Below are positions 14,203-29,387 of a stretch of DNA of 64,000 nucleotides, piece by piece (position 1 is the stretch's first letter; each line of letters starts with the position of its first letter). The stretch is taken from the NCBI GenBank assembly GCA_964016885.1, contig OZ024740.1, forward strand, positions 115,010,001 to 115,074,000, given 5' to 3'. This stretch comes from Eledone cirrhosa (Eukaryota). Below the pieces are notes generated by a model. That model saw nothing but the letters and a program-made list of their open reading frames with translations. It was not told the origin of the DNA and did no database searches. The position numbers and the translations under genes were made by a program.

Positions 14203-14416
14203 TCTAAATCCAAAATTAAGACAAAATAAATTGAATGAATTTAATCGAAATCGAAATTATGGGTGTCATTTCATAATGCATGCGCTATATATCCTGGAAA
14301 TTATGCTCAAAGATAAATCCGAGCATATTATAATAACTAGAAATTGATTAACATATAAATATACATGAATAATCACAGGAGATAATTTTTGCTCGCGTGT
14401 AACCACGCATAGCTAG
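14203..14416 (+). mobile_element. Short non-autonomous Helitron
   Basis: Starts TC after A; ends GCGTG-TAAC-CACGC hairpin plus CTAG followed by T. A second copy of the 5' part, also starting TC, lies at 21959-22090. Confidence 0.65.
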
Positions 14417-15038
14417 TATAAGTAATATTTACCTTTAAGAGTGATTAACCTTCCTTGTATATATCCCATTAAAGAAATATATTTCACCAATTAATCAGAT
14501 GGTAAGTCACGGAAAGTGGATATTATTGGATTGTCAACAAGGAAAGTATAATAATGTTCAGCTATTCGTCCTTACAGAATGAGTTCAAATCTTAACCTAG
14601 CCGTTACCACGTGTTGCGTCTACACAAGATAGCGGTTTCGTTTCAGTGGCGTGAATAGGTATTCGACAACTAGAAATAGCAGTCAAATTCTCTTCAACAG
14701 AAATAGCTCTACAATTAAGGAGTCGTATATATATATATCTAAATATTGTGTAGACGCAACACGTGGTAACGGCTAGATGAAGATTTGAACTCATTCTGTA
14801 AGGACGAATAGCTGGACATTATTACACTTTACTTGTTGACAATCCAATAATATCCACTTTCCGTGACTTACCATCTGATTAATTGGTGAAATATATTTCT
14901 TTAATGGGATATATACAAGGAAGGTTAATCACTCTTAAAGGTAAATATGACCTATACTAGCTATGATGTGGTTACACGCGAGCAAAAATTATCTCCTGTT
15001 ATTATTCATTTATATTTATCTGTTAATCAATTTCTAGT

Positions 15039-15043
<5 letters not shown>
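14331..15043. repeat. Inverted duplication, ~300-bp arms, ~115-bp spacer
   Basis: 14331-14627 is the reverse complement of ~14745-15043 with several mismatches. Confidence 0.9.
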
Positions 15044-15093
<50 letters not shown>

Positions 15094-15103
15094 AACCAGT
15101 AAG

Positions 15104-15197
15104 ACCCCGACAGCTGAGCTCGAGCCGTTTCGACGGCTAATTCTGGACTAAATGAAAATTTATCCTGGTATTTAAATAGCCGATCTTCTCAAGGGGT
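15104..15197 (-). ncRNA. Type I hammerhead ribozyme, U3-A8 core variant, in PLE terminal repeat
   Basis: Minus strand: ACCCC-TTGAGAA-GATCGGCTA..TAGCCGTC-GAAA-CGGCT-CGAGCTC-AGCTG-TC-GGGGT. The mirror copy at 18600-18693 (+) has mutations in stems I and III. Confidence 0.7.
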
Positions 15198-16085
15198 AAT
15201 TCCATATATGGTCAAAGTGATTGTCAAAAATCAGTAGTAATTCTGTGGTTGCAAATTAGTAGGGGAGATGGTGGCTAAACCTGCCAGTAGGAGAAAGAGG
15301 GGAGGGGGTGGAGCAGACCCAATCAAGCGTTGGTAGTGCCAGCTACAGCTGGGCATGAGGTCAAAGAAGATACAGGGGAGGGGGAGGGGGAGGAAGTCGG
15401 AACGGTAGGTAGAACAATGGGGGGTAGAAATATATAGGAAAGAAAAAATACTGAGAGTGAAGAAAAGCAAATAAGTGTAAAGAAAAAAGTAAAGTAAATT
15501 AAATTCTACGACCTAGGTCTCTAGCTATTGTTAGGCTAGAATAAATAAATAAATAAAGAAAGAAAGAAGTAAAGAAAGAAATAAAGAAATAACGAAATAA
15601 GTAAAAGAACTAGGTGGGACGAAATAGGCAAGGACCCTTTTAAGAGGTATAAGTACGTAAATGATACGGTGACGGGTCAACAAAAGGGGCCAAAATACTA
15701 AAGAGACTACCACGAAATAAACAATAAAGGTTTCCATCCCGGGCACAATGCCAGCAACCACCCAGTGCAGCAAAGTGAACTAGTACGAGATAATAATTCT
15801 GAGTCCCGAGAAAAATATATACTAATGCTAACTCTAAAAGATCTAAAACAAGCTACATGAAAGTTCGTACGAAGTAAAGGTAGAATACGGAAAAATAAAT
15901 TCAGAATCCACCCCGCCCAAAAGAAAAGCGAAGAAAGAAATACTGAAACGAAAAAATAAGGCATAAGTGCCACTGAGAAATATAGAGGGCACAGAGAATA
16001 GTGGGAGCGGTCGGAAAAAGGGGACAAGTATCCGAGGTCTAAACCAACTGCTATAAAGGGCGGAGTCCGCCAAATCTATCATAGA

Positions 16086-17497
16086 CAGTTCGACATAGAG
16101 AGCTACTATGCTTCAATCACCTTACCGCTACTTACTGCCGCCTTGGACTTCGCCGAAACACTTGTGCCCATCACCGACCAGGAAAGAAAAATCATCCTCC
16201 ACGCCAGGAAGACAGTCTTACTCTTTGACGACTCTAAATGGATAAAAAGAGCTCCCGACTCACCCTTCGACGTCAGCATGGGCGCCACGGATTCGGCGGA
16301 GGTCACAGATCTTATAGGATTATTCCTAATAGCCAAACTCACTGATATGTTTCCTGCATTCGGTGGTGGATTGTACCGTGATGATGGGCTCCTTACCCTT
16401 AAAGGGTACAACCCCAGTAGTACAGATCGGGTCCGGAAACAATTAATCAGATTCTTCCGCGACTGGGGATTTAAAATAACCCTACAAACGTCCCTGACCC
16501 GAGTAAACTTCCTGGACGTGACCCTCGACCTCGAAAACGACCTGTACTACCCATACAGGAAACCTAATGACAATCTGCACTACATCCATCGCCGATCAAA
16601 CCATCCTAGGAACATCACAAACAACCTGGTCAAAAACATCTCCCTCCGCATATCCCGTTTGTCAGCTAATGAGCGGATATTCGATGAACATGCGCCTTAT
16701 TACAACCAGGCCCTCAAGCGGAGTGGTTTCCGGGAGGAAATATCCTACTGTCCAGCTCCCATTAGCGGAACCAGCAGGAGACACCGCCGCTCACGCAATG
16801 TAACATGGTTCAATCCTCCCCACAACGCAGAGGTGACAACTCCCATCGGGAAACTATTCTTTAGGCTCATTGAAAAACACTTCCCATTACAACACCGCTA
16901 CCACAACATAATTAACAAAAATACCATCAAACTCTCTTACAGCACTACACCAAACTTCGCACAAAACATCGTCTCCTCTAACAACAAAAAACTCAACCCC
17001 GATGCCAGAAATAACCTAAATAGCAGTGGAGAACCGACCAGGAGGTGTAACTGCCCGGATAGATCTATTTGCCCACTCGACAATAGATTCAGAGACCGTA
17101 ATGTGATCTACCAGTGCAACGTGAGGACGGATACCTCCAACAAAGCCTATATAGGACTTACCGCATGTGACTTCAAGACCCGGCTATACCAACATAGACA
17201 TGCCTTCCGAAACCCGGCCCGGCGTCACGCCACTACACTTTCGAGCCACATATGGGACCTCAAGGAAACAACATCACCTATGATCTCAATTGGAGATTAC
17301 TGTCCAGAGCCAATTCTTACACGGGAGGACGCCGTCCGTGCAATTTATGCTCGGAGGAAACTTTACAAATGCTGTTTTCGACGGACCAACTCCTAAACAA
17401 GAAAGATGAACTGGTTACTGCATGTAAACATAGATTGCGTAGGACTTACCTCGCCCTCAAACCCCATAATGACCGGGGGGGTAGACTAGGGCTATAA
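16086..17497 (+). pseudogene. PLE reverse transcriptase + GIY-YIG endonuclease (Naiad-like motifs), 5'-truncated, frameshift near 17270
   Basis: QFDIESYYASI, MGATDSAE, GLYRDDGL, VNFLDVTLDL, YRKPND, SNHP, WFNPP, CNC-CPLD linker, VIYQC...YIGLT...FKTR, then CNLC...LLNKKDEL...CKHR in the next frame. Confidence 0.9.
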
Positions 17498-18784
17498 CAC
17501 CCCACTTGCCGATTTTGCAATGGGTAACCCCTGCTTGCCAAGGGAGACGTAAGACCTTCTTTGTATTCTTTTATCGCTTCCTTTATTTCCTTCCCCCCTC
17601 TCTCCTTAGTCCTTCTACCCCAGCTCTTCTCCTTTGTCGGCGTCTTTTCTCGCCCACCCGAGGCTGCCCTTTGGCCCCTTGTAGCCTTAGTACCCCCACC
17701 CCCTCCCCTAGTCTATGATAGATTTGGCAGACTCCGCCCTTTATAGCAGTTGGTTTAGACCCCGGATACTTGTCCCCTTTTTCCGACCGCTCCCACTATT
17801 CTCTGTGCCCTCTATATTTCTTAGTGGCACTTATGCCTTATTTTTTCGTTTCAGTATTTCTTTCTTCGCTTTTCTTTTGGGCGGGGTGGATTCTGAATTT
17901 ATTTTTCCGTATTCTACCTTTACTTCGTACGAACTTTCATGTAGCTTGTTTTAGATCTTTTAGAGTTAGCATTAGTATATATTTTTCTCGGGACTCAGAA
18001 TTATTATCTCGTACTAGTTCACTTTGCTGCACTGGGTGGTTGCTGGCATTGTGCCCGGGATGGAAACCTTTATTGTTTATTTCGTGGTAGTCTCTTTAGT
18101 ATTTTGGCCCCTTTTGTTGACCCGTCACCGTATCATTTACGTACTTATACCTCTTAAAAGGGTCCTTGCCTATTTCGTCCCACCTAGTTCTTTTACTTAT
18201 TTCGTTATTTCTTTATTTCTTTCTTTACTTCTTTCTTTCTTTATTTATTTATTTATTCTAGCCTAACAATAGCTAGAGACCTAGGTCGTAGAATTTAATT
18301 TACTTTACTTTTTTCTTTACACTTATTTGCTTATCTTCACTCTCAGTATTTTTTCTTTCCTATATATTTCTACCCCCCATTGTTCTACCTACCGTTCCGA
18401 CTTCCTCCCCCTCCCCCTCCCCTGTATCTTCTTTGACCTCATGCCCAGCTGTAGCTGGCACTACCAACGCTTGATTGGGTCTGCTCCACCCCCTCCCCTC
18501 TTTCTCCTACTGGCAGGTTTAGCCACCATCTCCCCTACTAATTTGCAACCACAGAATTACTACTGATTTTTGACAATCACTTTGACCATATATGGAATTA
18601 CCCCTTGAGAAGATCGGCTATTTAAATACCAGGATAAATTTTCATTTAGTCCAGAATTAGCCGTCGAAAGGTCTCGAGCTCAGCTGTCGGTGTCTTACTG
18701 GTTCCTATTACCCACTCTACTACCTCAAGTATTGAGTACTTTGGTGCGTTATGGCCCACCTGGTTCCTTACCACATTTCCTTCG

Positions 18785-18834
<50 letters not shown>

Positions 18835-18835
18835 G

Positions 18836-19057
<222 letters not shown>

Positions 19058-19062
19058 AACTA

Positions 19063-20505
19063 CTATGAAATGAAGGAAGACTTCAGAGACTTCTTTAGAA
19101 AGTTACGACTCAGTGAAGAACTATTCGACCAGTACAATGAGGATGAATCATTCGCCAGAAATAGAAGCAACTACACCCCATCAAAAGGTAGAAATAAAAT
19201 CCTGGAGGAATTCTGTGAACACATCACAAACTTCCCTTACCAACACTTGCACAGACAAAAACACAAGCCAAGAAAGAATGGGAAGAATTAAATAGATTAA
19301 AAGCCGACAGAACTATTACAATTAAAGAGGCTGATAAAGGGAGTACAGTAGTCCTAATAGAGATAGAATTCTATATCAACTTAGCGCTCTCCACTTTGGA
19401 AAACGAAACATACTACGAAAAGGCTGAACACTACAATCAACAGAAAATTATGATAAACCTAAAAACTCTGATCAACCAATACAAAGAAGGACTCACAAGG
19501 AATTCAGCTTCATCACAGACTTCACAAGTAAATCCTGCCTTTTCTACGGTATCCCTAAAGTGCATAAAAGCGAATTAATAAGTAAGGCACGCAAGGAATC
19601 CACAGACATATTCATCAATGTCCCCTCATCCAATGATCTAAAATTAAGACCTATAATAGCAGGCCCCGCTTGCGAAACCCACCGCCTTAGTAACTTCATT
19701 GATACCCTTCTTAAGCCTTTTCTCAAACACATCAAAAGCTATATAAGGGACGACCTAGATATGCTCAATCACCTCCCTAATATGCCCCTTTCTGAACAAA
19801 CCCTACTAGTGACGTTCGATGTAGTCAACATATACTCCAACATCCCCCACAACCTAGGAATAGAAGCTATCCAATTCTGGCTGGATAATTACCACAATGA
19901 ACCCCCACAACGCATCAACAAATAATTCGTGATAGAGGGACTCAAATTTATCTTGGAGAACAATTACTTCGTTTTCAATAACAAATCCTACAGGCAGAAA
20001 TCTGCCATCGGTATGGGAACGAAAATAGCCCCCACTTATACCAACCTAGTCATGGGATACCTGGAAATCACCCTCTACACTAAAGTACTAAACAAATTTG
20101 GAAACACTCTCCACTTACACATAGAAAAGAACTGGAAGCGATATCTAGATGACTGCTTCATCCTTTGGCACGAAAACATCGAGAAACTTAAAGAATTTCA
20201 CACCCTTATAAATGGGCTCAACACGAATATTAACTTTACGATGGAATAGAGCCATCAACAACTCCCCTTCCTCGACATCCTCATTAAGATTCATAAGAAA
20301 AAGAAAAAAAAAATAGAAACCGACATATACTACAAGCCCACAGACTCCAAGCAATATCTTCCTTTCAACTCTTGCCATCCTAGACACGTTAAAATTAATA
20401 TTCCCTACAAGTTAGCCAAGAGAATCTGTACTATAGTCTCCAATAAAAACACCTGTTACTTACCGCTACAAGAACTAAAGGACACACTTATAGAAAAATA
20501 CAACT
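19063..20505 (+). pseudogene. Degraded PLE reverse transcriptase (Neptune/Poseidon-like, distinct from 16-kb element)
   Basis: KEADKGSTVV, FYGIPKVHK, RPIIAG, LVTFDVVNIYSNIPH, MGTKIAPTYTNL, WKRYLDDCFILW, LPFLDIL, YKPTDSKQYL across several frames. Confidence 0.8.
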
Positions 20506-20761
20506 GAGTGAACATATTGATACCTGTGCCGCCCAAAATCATCCCAACTTTAGAATCTTTCCCCTCTACAAATTTAAAGATAATGCCACCCACACCCAGC
20601 GCATCAGCAAGGAATCTCACTTCATTAACAAATACGGACACCGTATAAACACTTCTCCCTAAGATAAGAGCTGAAAAATATCTTTCAACATGTTAAAATA
20701 TCCCCCACACACGTACAGACACATTCCTACTGACCGATTCCCTCTACCACGAACCACTCTG

Positions 20762-20878
<117 letters not shown>

Positions 20879-21564
20879 TTGTCTTAATAGACACCTGAAC
20901 TGTTGACCTTTCAACATGACTGCAATTCACACACACATCCCTACTGACCATTTTCACAACAATGAACCTCTTTACTACACACACACAAACACATTTGTCT
21001 TAAAAGACTTATTTTTCAGTGACTTAAAAGACTTATTTTTCAGGCGAAAAAGGACATTCTTCGACAAACCTACATTTGGCGCAAAATCAATTTTTAACAT
21101 TCACGTAACCTCTACCGACCAATCAAAATTGTTTTGACTACAAGAATTTTTGCAACACGAATTGGCGCGAAACTTATAGTACTTATTCACGTGACATTCA
21201 ACAACCAACCAAATCTTAATACCTCTGGAGCCACTTTTTTCCCATAAAACAGGTAGAATTTCCAAAACTGATCAGATTGGAGCAAACATCACGTGCGCTC
21301 TATTGAAAAATTATTTTTGAAAAGCATTAGAAATGCGCAACCGGTAAAAACTTAAAACTAAAACTGAATACTAACCAATACTTATTACTAATTTTTACTT
21401 ATTCCTAATTAAACTATTTTCACTGGGAAAAATTTGTCAGCATTTTCTTTTCCTTTTACTAATATATATATATATATATAGTAATAGAATATTAGTCTAC
21501 GACTTCTTTTATGCCATAAACGTGGTTTTGTCTTTGCGGGTAATTGTTTTTCACCGCTCCAAAT

Positions 21565-21769
21565 AATGACGTATTATATTCGTTTTTTCCCATTCTTTGC
21601 CAGGGAACTTTCCACGAACTAAAGTATCGTCTTCTTGTCTTCCTCCGGTTGCAACGTTTTTTGAAATATTCACATCTGTGTTCACAGATTGACTTTGTTA
21701 GTTTCAGAAGATCCCGTTAAGCCGTTAAGGGTGAAAGCAGCGATTCTTTGCTTAAACTTTAATATGTTA

Positions 21770-21775
<6 letters not shown>
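21565..21775. repeat. Dispersed unclassified repeat (second copy ~23605-23795)
   Basis: Shared GCCAGGGAAC..CACGAAC.AAAGTATCGTCTTC...TCAGAAGATCCCG...AAGGGTGAAAGCAGCGATTCTTTGCTTAAACTTTAATAT. Confidence 0.75.
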
Positions 21776-21828
<53 letters not shown>

Positions 21829-22139
21829 GTACAAATATCCATATGTGGTTGACGACTGAGAAAGGTGTCTTATCAATCTGGAGTTCCTCCAGTTTATTAC
21901 AGAGTAAACAGACTCACTTTTTAGCCTTAATATAAATGAATATATATATATATATATATCTAAGTCCAAAATTAAGATAAATCAATTAAATGAATTTAAT
22001 CTAAATCGAAATCATGGGTATCATGACAAAAAGCATGCGCCAATATATCCTGAGAATTTAAACTCAAAGATAAATACATCTGAGCATATTATAATTATAA
22101 TAATAATAACTACTATTATTATTATTATTATTATTATAT

Positions 22140-22183
<44 letters not shown>

Positions 22184-22469
22184 TTGTGTGCGGTGTGTGT
22201 GTGTGTGTATGTGTGTGTATAATTATTAAGATTAGTTACTACAAAGGTGCCATACCAGGTGTGTTCAATTCGTTGGTCAAAGAGGCCCAACTTGTTAAAG
22301 CTATGCCGATGAAAATGAACAAATTGGTGCTCAGTCACCAACGAAACATACGTACCTGGGATAGCACCGTTATAGTAACTGGCCTTGATAATTATATTTC
22401 AACTCACTCTACGTAATTATTTGCCCTATACCTTGGATTCTTACTTACCTATTACTATATATATATATA

Positions 22470-22645
22470 TAACGAAGGATGTGTGGTAAGGAACGAGATG
22501 GACCATAACGCACCAGAGTACTCAATACTTAGGGTAGTAGAGTGGGTAATAGGAAAATGTTTAACCCCGAGGGCAGAGCTCAGGCCGTCTCGACGGCTAT
22601 TTCTGGAGTGCAGAAACGGCTTGAGCTCTGCCGTCTGGGTTAGAC

Positions 22646-22650
<5 letters not shown>
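22470..22650 (-). mobile_element. Mini fold-back derivative of the 15-19 kb PLE terminus
   Basis: Tail plus 3' half of the HHR on minus, followed by a short inverted copy GAAACGGCTTGAGCTCTGCCGTC; flanked by (TA)n. Confidence 0.75.
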
Positions 22651-22729
<79 letters not shown>

Positions 22730-22799
22730 AGAGAGAGAGGGAGAGGAGGGAGAGTAGTGAGAGAGAGGAGGGAGAGTAGTGAGAGAGAGGAGAGAGGGA

Positions 22800-22840
<41 letters not shown>

Positions 22841-23829
22841 AAAAAGTTGAGAATAACATGGTCAACAGTACAAAAAAGGGGATTTATTTCCAGTCTAACA
22901 ATTGTTTCACTGATAGAGTTGTCTAAAAATTGCTGAACCCTAAAAGCAGTGCCACTCAATTTTAAATACGATGTTAACTCTATTAGATCTTTGGAAACTG
23001 TTAAAAACATATATATGTAACCGGCAAATTTACAAATTCAAATTACTTCATTAATAATAATATTAATAATAAAGATATAGAGAGAAAAGGAGGAAGAAAG
23101 GGAGATAGATACAGTAAAGAAAGAAAGGAAAGGAAGGAGAAAGAAGGAGAACGAAAAAGAAAAAGAAAAAGAAAAAGAAAAAGAAAAAGAAAAAGAAAAA
23201 GAAAAAGAAAAAGAGAAAGAACAAGAAAAAGGAGAAATGATTATAGATAGAAATATAAAGAGAAGAAGATATATAGAAGATGATGGTAGATAGAGGAGAG
23301 ACAAACATGTGTGTGTGTGTGTGTGTTCTAATTTTTGGAAAGTCTATACAAATCCACATTTCTACTCCGATTGACTTCAACCTTGCATTTATATATTCCT
23401 CGCGGTCGAAAGATATTAACTGCAGCTTTTATTTTTCAATTTGCTGTTGTTAAAGGGGTGTTAGGCGCCAGTTAGCGATCTCTCTCTCTCTTTCTTAGTC
23501 TGTCTTTTTAGATAGATACATAACTATAACTTCGTGCCCTTATAATATATGTCTGTATGTCTAGCTGTCTGCATTACGACATTATGAAAATATTGCTCTC
23601 ATTGCTAACGTATTATCTTCGCTATTTTCCGTTCATTGCCAGGGAACGTCTTCACGAACCAAAGTATCGTCTTCTGTTTTCCTTCGTTTGCAGCGTTTTT
23701 CGAAATATTTACTTCCGTGTTCACAGATTGATTTTTTTAGTTTCAGAAGATCCCGCTAAGGGTGAAAGCAGCGATTCTTTGCTTAAACTTTAATATATTA
23801 ATTAATTTTAATATATATACATATATATA

Positions 23830-24753
23830 ATTATATATTCGTGTACAGATATTTTTGCATACACAAAAACAAAATATAAACAAACGTATTTATTTCACCA
23901 AAGCACAGACGGCTTATCGTCATTGTTACTGCCGATATGCTGCCCCAAAAGTCCCACTACGTTTGGCACAAGGCCAGCAATTACATAGTCAACGGTTCGG
24001 AAATCACATGCATCGCTGACGAGCTTACTCCTTACTCTACCAGGTAGTCTTAGTGTACTTCGTCCTTCTTTTAGGTCATGCCTCGAAGGAAGATATACTC
24101 CATTGACCGAAATACTGTGAAAGCGGCAAGAAAAAGAACAAGGCGGGCAACCGAATCGTCAGTGGAATCTGCTATTCGACGGTCGCAAGATGCTGAACGT
24201 ACTGCCACCAGAAGAACACGCGAAACAGACAACCAACGAACCATTCGCCGAACCGTGTCAGCTTTGCAATGTATATCAACAAATCCCAGGATCACACCCT
24301 AGCTGCTGCTGGTCTTCTTTTGGAAGAGTCATTTTTTCACACGGGCAACTATACGTTGGCTGCTCAAGAGTGGGAAGCAAGACAAATCTCTTTGCATATG
24401 CCCCACACGGAAGAACAAGGAACATTGTGTACAAGGAGGTGTTATAATCATTGTTTAGGTAGACGAGGCAGAAGGGGATATACACGATTGGCTGAAGAAG
24501 GACGAGACTATGTTAGTAGTACGACCAACGGCTGCTATCACACCAACAGCAGCAAAAACAGCAACAAAAAAGAGAGTTAACGCAATTACATGCTTTTGAA
24601 AACTCTTAATGGAAAATGATTTGCCTAAGCACAAAATGTAGACACCATCCCTAGGCCGAGGTATTCCGTATTTCTCTGTACTGTTTGAGAAATGAGGTAT
24701 AAATATGTCAATTTATGTTTAGAAGCCCGAGCAACGCCGGGCCATTCTGCTAG
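23830..24753 (+). mobile_element. Internally deleted Helitron
   Basis: Arg-rich N-terminal MPRRK... joined to PIF1-type helicase C-terminus (INKSQ...FSHGQLYVGCSRVG...TRNIVYKEVL); 3' GCCCG-AGCAACGC-CGGGC hairpin and CTAG followed by T at 24750-24753. The 5' end is uncertain. Confidence 0.8.
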
Positions 24754-24756
24754 TAT

Positions 24757-24790
<34 letters not shown>

Positions 24791-24800
24791 ATATATATAT

Positions 24801-25474
<674 letters not shown>

Positions 25475-25645
25475 GTATATATATATATGTGTGCGTATAT
25501 ATAACGTATATCTTATGTCCAGGTATTTTGATTATTTTATTAATGTGTATTACCGCTCCATCCGTAGTTTTTATGTGCTTTATCAGGGTAGAATTTGATC
25601 CCCTATTATCTGACAAATTATTATGCACCCTCTCTCTTTGCTATA

Positions 25646-25774
<129 letters not shown>

Positions 25775-27754
25775 ATCTTCCCGCGAGCATTGGTCTGTGA
25801 ATGTGTGTACAAGTGTAAGCATGATAATGGTTTGTTTCCTTATGTTGCGTCTATTATTAAGTTTGATTTGCCGTTCATTCAGTTGTGTTACATTTATGTT
25901 ATATCGCATTCATCCAAACGGTTCTTTAACAGCATTTACGCATCGCAGCCTAAATTCATTGTAAAGTATTTCTTAATATTAGAATAAATAGATAATATTG
26001 CCAATAAGAGTTGTTAACTGTAAAAAAAAAAAAATACTATTTCATGATTGCTAAAACTAACTGCACACAGTTCTAGAAACAACAGTCATACATATATAAA
26101 TATTTCATATATTCTTTCAAATGAATTGTTGTGTATAACATATTTTTTCGAGGGTTAGCTGCTGATAGTTAAATATCTTCTAATAAATCTTCAGACATAG
26201 TATTATGCAGTGATATTTGACAATCATAAATAGTTTTTGGTAATTCGAAGCACATTGAAAAAATATTTCTGACTACATAATAATATTCATATCATGATTA
26301 CTACTTGTAAATAAGTATTTATAAATATATATATTTGTTCTTAGTGTCTAGTGTGTTGTCTAGAAGAACAAATTAGTAAAGTGATAGTAGACATTATAAT
26401 GAGCTGTTAAAGACAGGAGAATGGAACAAACCCACAGACACCAATTGATTTGTTTGGCCTTTATATACTAATGCACTAATTTGAAAAACGTTTTTCTTTT
26501 TTAAAGATATCACATAAGATGTATTCTAATGAAATTATATATCTTGGGTTTGTGTGGTACATTTTTAGAAATTAATACTGCTGAGGCAAGTGAAATATAT
26601 AATGAATAACATGGAATACAATATAAATGGAATGGATAGGTTACTTACGTAACCTTGAGGTACTTTAGAAAACATTGTGTATTAGTTTACGTGTGCTTGG
26701 AACCTGAGACACTAGTAAAAAAAAACTGAAAGTATTAAGTTAATGTCTTGTTACATATTTAATGATATCTAAGAGACATTTAAAAGTAGGAGTATGATAG
26801 GAAGGAGTACGTTGGGTTACGTTTCATGAATTAAAATTCACCAAGTTTTCATGCTTTTATATCCACTAACATCGATAAGATCAGTACTATTCAGTATACT
26901 TCGAAGATTGGCTTCGTTTTTACGCAAAATACATCGAATCAGTGGGTATTTTGATTTTTCAACACTACTTCTAACCTTTTCAGATATCCTTTACAGAGAT
27001 TAATGTGTCTATTTAAGTTTCACTTCCGAGGAAAAAATAAGAATGAACCTATGAGGTCACAAATTTTGGCAGCTATACAACTGTACATATTTTTCCAGAC
27101 TTTGCATATGACATCATTTTTGGAGCTGAAAGCGTTCTCGCTCACTGAAAAGGAATTTCGTTTCGTACTTTATTCTCTATAGGTTATTTGTTTTAATATC
27201 ACCCAACAAGCGTGTATGTTATTGAATAAAGTTTTCATGAAAATACGTTCTTACGAAGGTATGGAATTAGTGTTTTACGATATATTTACATCCCATCAAT
27301 CTTTGACATTCTCAACGTTTTATTAATTATATATCAGTACATACAAACAATATAAAATACTCACAGGCACTCACATGTAAACACACACACACACACACAC
27401 ACACAAAAAACATATACTCCCCCTCCCCTCCACGCAATCACCACCACCACACACAAACATGCAATAATGCACACATACTAAATTCGACACACATATAACC
27501 ACACCCATGACATACCTGAACTCTCCACCTCAGCACCCACTCCCGAATGCCGGACCACTCGCCTATTACCCCCAAATTTCTTAAAAACTATTTTTCCAAA
27601 CTCCGATGTTCCAATGGTTCTCTCAATTCAAACTCTTCATTTGTTGAAGACGGACTTACGTCGAAGCGCAAAATCCTCCTGCACTTCCTCCTGAACGTGA
27701 TACTGATAAGGCTTTGTGTTTTGCATCCCTTTCTTTGTGTTGTCATTTCTTTAA

Positions 27755-27791
<37 letters not shown>

Positions 27792-29387
27792 TGTGTGCGT
27801 GTGTGTGTTTGTATGTATTAATATTTGTAATATGTATATGTCTGTATCTGTTTACAGACATATACATACATAAGAATATTACGATATAAGTACATAATTA
27901 GATTAATATGCTGATATTTAGTATAATACCTATGTTTTCTCTATTAATATTGGCGGCTCCATGTCCAACATGATATTGAATGAAAACGACTTATTTAATA
28001 TTGCTTGAATCAGCTTCAATATACAACAATGATCATTATTAATGGAACATACCAAATCAATTATTTCCTTCTGAGTCCAAGCTATTTAATTATACGATTA
28101 TATATCAGAATTTCTCATCACATATTGCTAATTAAGGATCGTAGATTGGTAGAATGGTTTGAGTGTCGAATAAGAATGATTTGTAGTATTTGTTTTGGCT
28201 CTCTACGTTCTAGATGTTTCTTCTCTCATTAAACCTGTATCTCTGTATCTAGAATAAAAAATATTCGATAACTTAGAATCCCATCTTGCTCAGTTTTGCC
28301 TTTCAAAATTCTGGAGTCAATAAAATAAACTTGCAATCAAGCAATAAGGTTGATATAATCGACTTAAGCCCTACCACCACCACAACACACAAATATTGCT
28401 GGTCTTTTGCCTAATTTAGAAAACATCGTTGCTAATTATGTTCATCAAGATATCGATGTAAGAGCGAAAAAGCGATTATTTATTAATTTTGTTAACGAGA
28501 ATTCCTACGACTAATGCAGTGTGACGAAAAGTTTGATACCACAAGGAATAATAAAGAGAAATAAATATAACAGTATCTGTGAGTTCTGGAATGGTTGAAA
28601 TAGATACTCCACCTTATAATTGTTTGTTTAATATAATGGCCCATAAAATGTTTCACATTTAAGAATAACATAACTTTTTGCTAATAATTTGTTAATTTAT
28701 TATTTCAGATTTTGAAAATATATTACCTCTATATGTTCTATAATAAAGTACTATGTCAGATATTTACAAAAACTGGATTCTTAAAGGAGTATTGCAAACA
28801 CGGCAATAAAAACGAATGGCTTAATGACTCCAGTGTTGGACATACGGATGTAAGGTCGTTGGCTCAATTCACGGACCAGTCGGTGCTTCGAGGACTTTAG
28901 CGAGACACTTTATTCCACTTGACTCAATTCTACTCATTTAAAAACAAATTAGTTGCGAGAATACTGGTGCCTTTCTCTCGGACAATTTGTGTATGGTGAA
29001 AAGTGAAGAAATGGATTCTGGGCGTCTGTTGGACATTTTCAAAACAAACTGTCCAGTAAAATGCCAAACCAGTCAGAACAAAAGAAGTCCTTTCTCTTTT
29101 GCAACCATGCTATAAGTTATGTTAGATATGCAAACACTTTTTTTTTCTGACAAGTTGCTATATTCAACACCGCTTACAGTTGAGTAATTAAACGAATAAC
29201 ACTCACCCATCTCTAATAATTTGATCTGTAAATAACGGGCGATATTTTATAAATAATGATTATTTAATGCTTATGCAATTATGATACTAAAGCAATGCAT
29301 ATAATAAATTTAGAAAGATCCACATACACACATATTTATATATATATGTATATAATGTATGTATAGATACATATATATATATATATA

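Larger units (their letters stand above)
15091..18786 (+). mobile_element. 5'-truncated Penelope-like element with ~996-bp inverted terminal repeats, inserted in (TA)n
   Basis: 15091-16086 is the reverse complement of 17711-18706; the right arm carries an extra ~80-bp tail to 18786; RT-GIY-YIG coding region between arms; (TA)n on both sides. Confidence 0.92.

Noticed and set aside
15231-16082. Duplicated hydrophobic ORFs in the inverted arms
   Set aside because: Products of T-rich UTR sequence, duplicated only because the arms are repeats.
16086-17497. Selenocysteine recoding as reported for some Naiad PLEs
   Set aside because: No in-frame TGA seen at conserved Cys positions; ORF breaks here and at 33.2 kb are explained by frameshifts.
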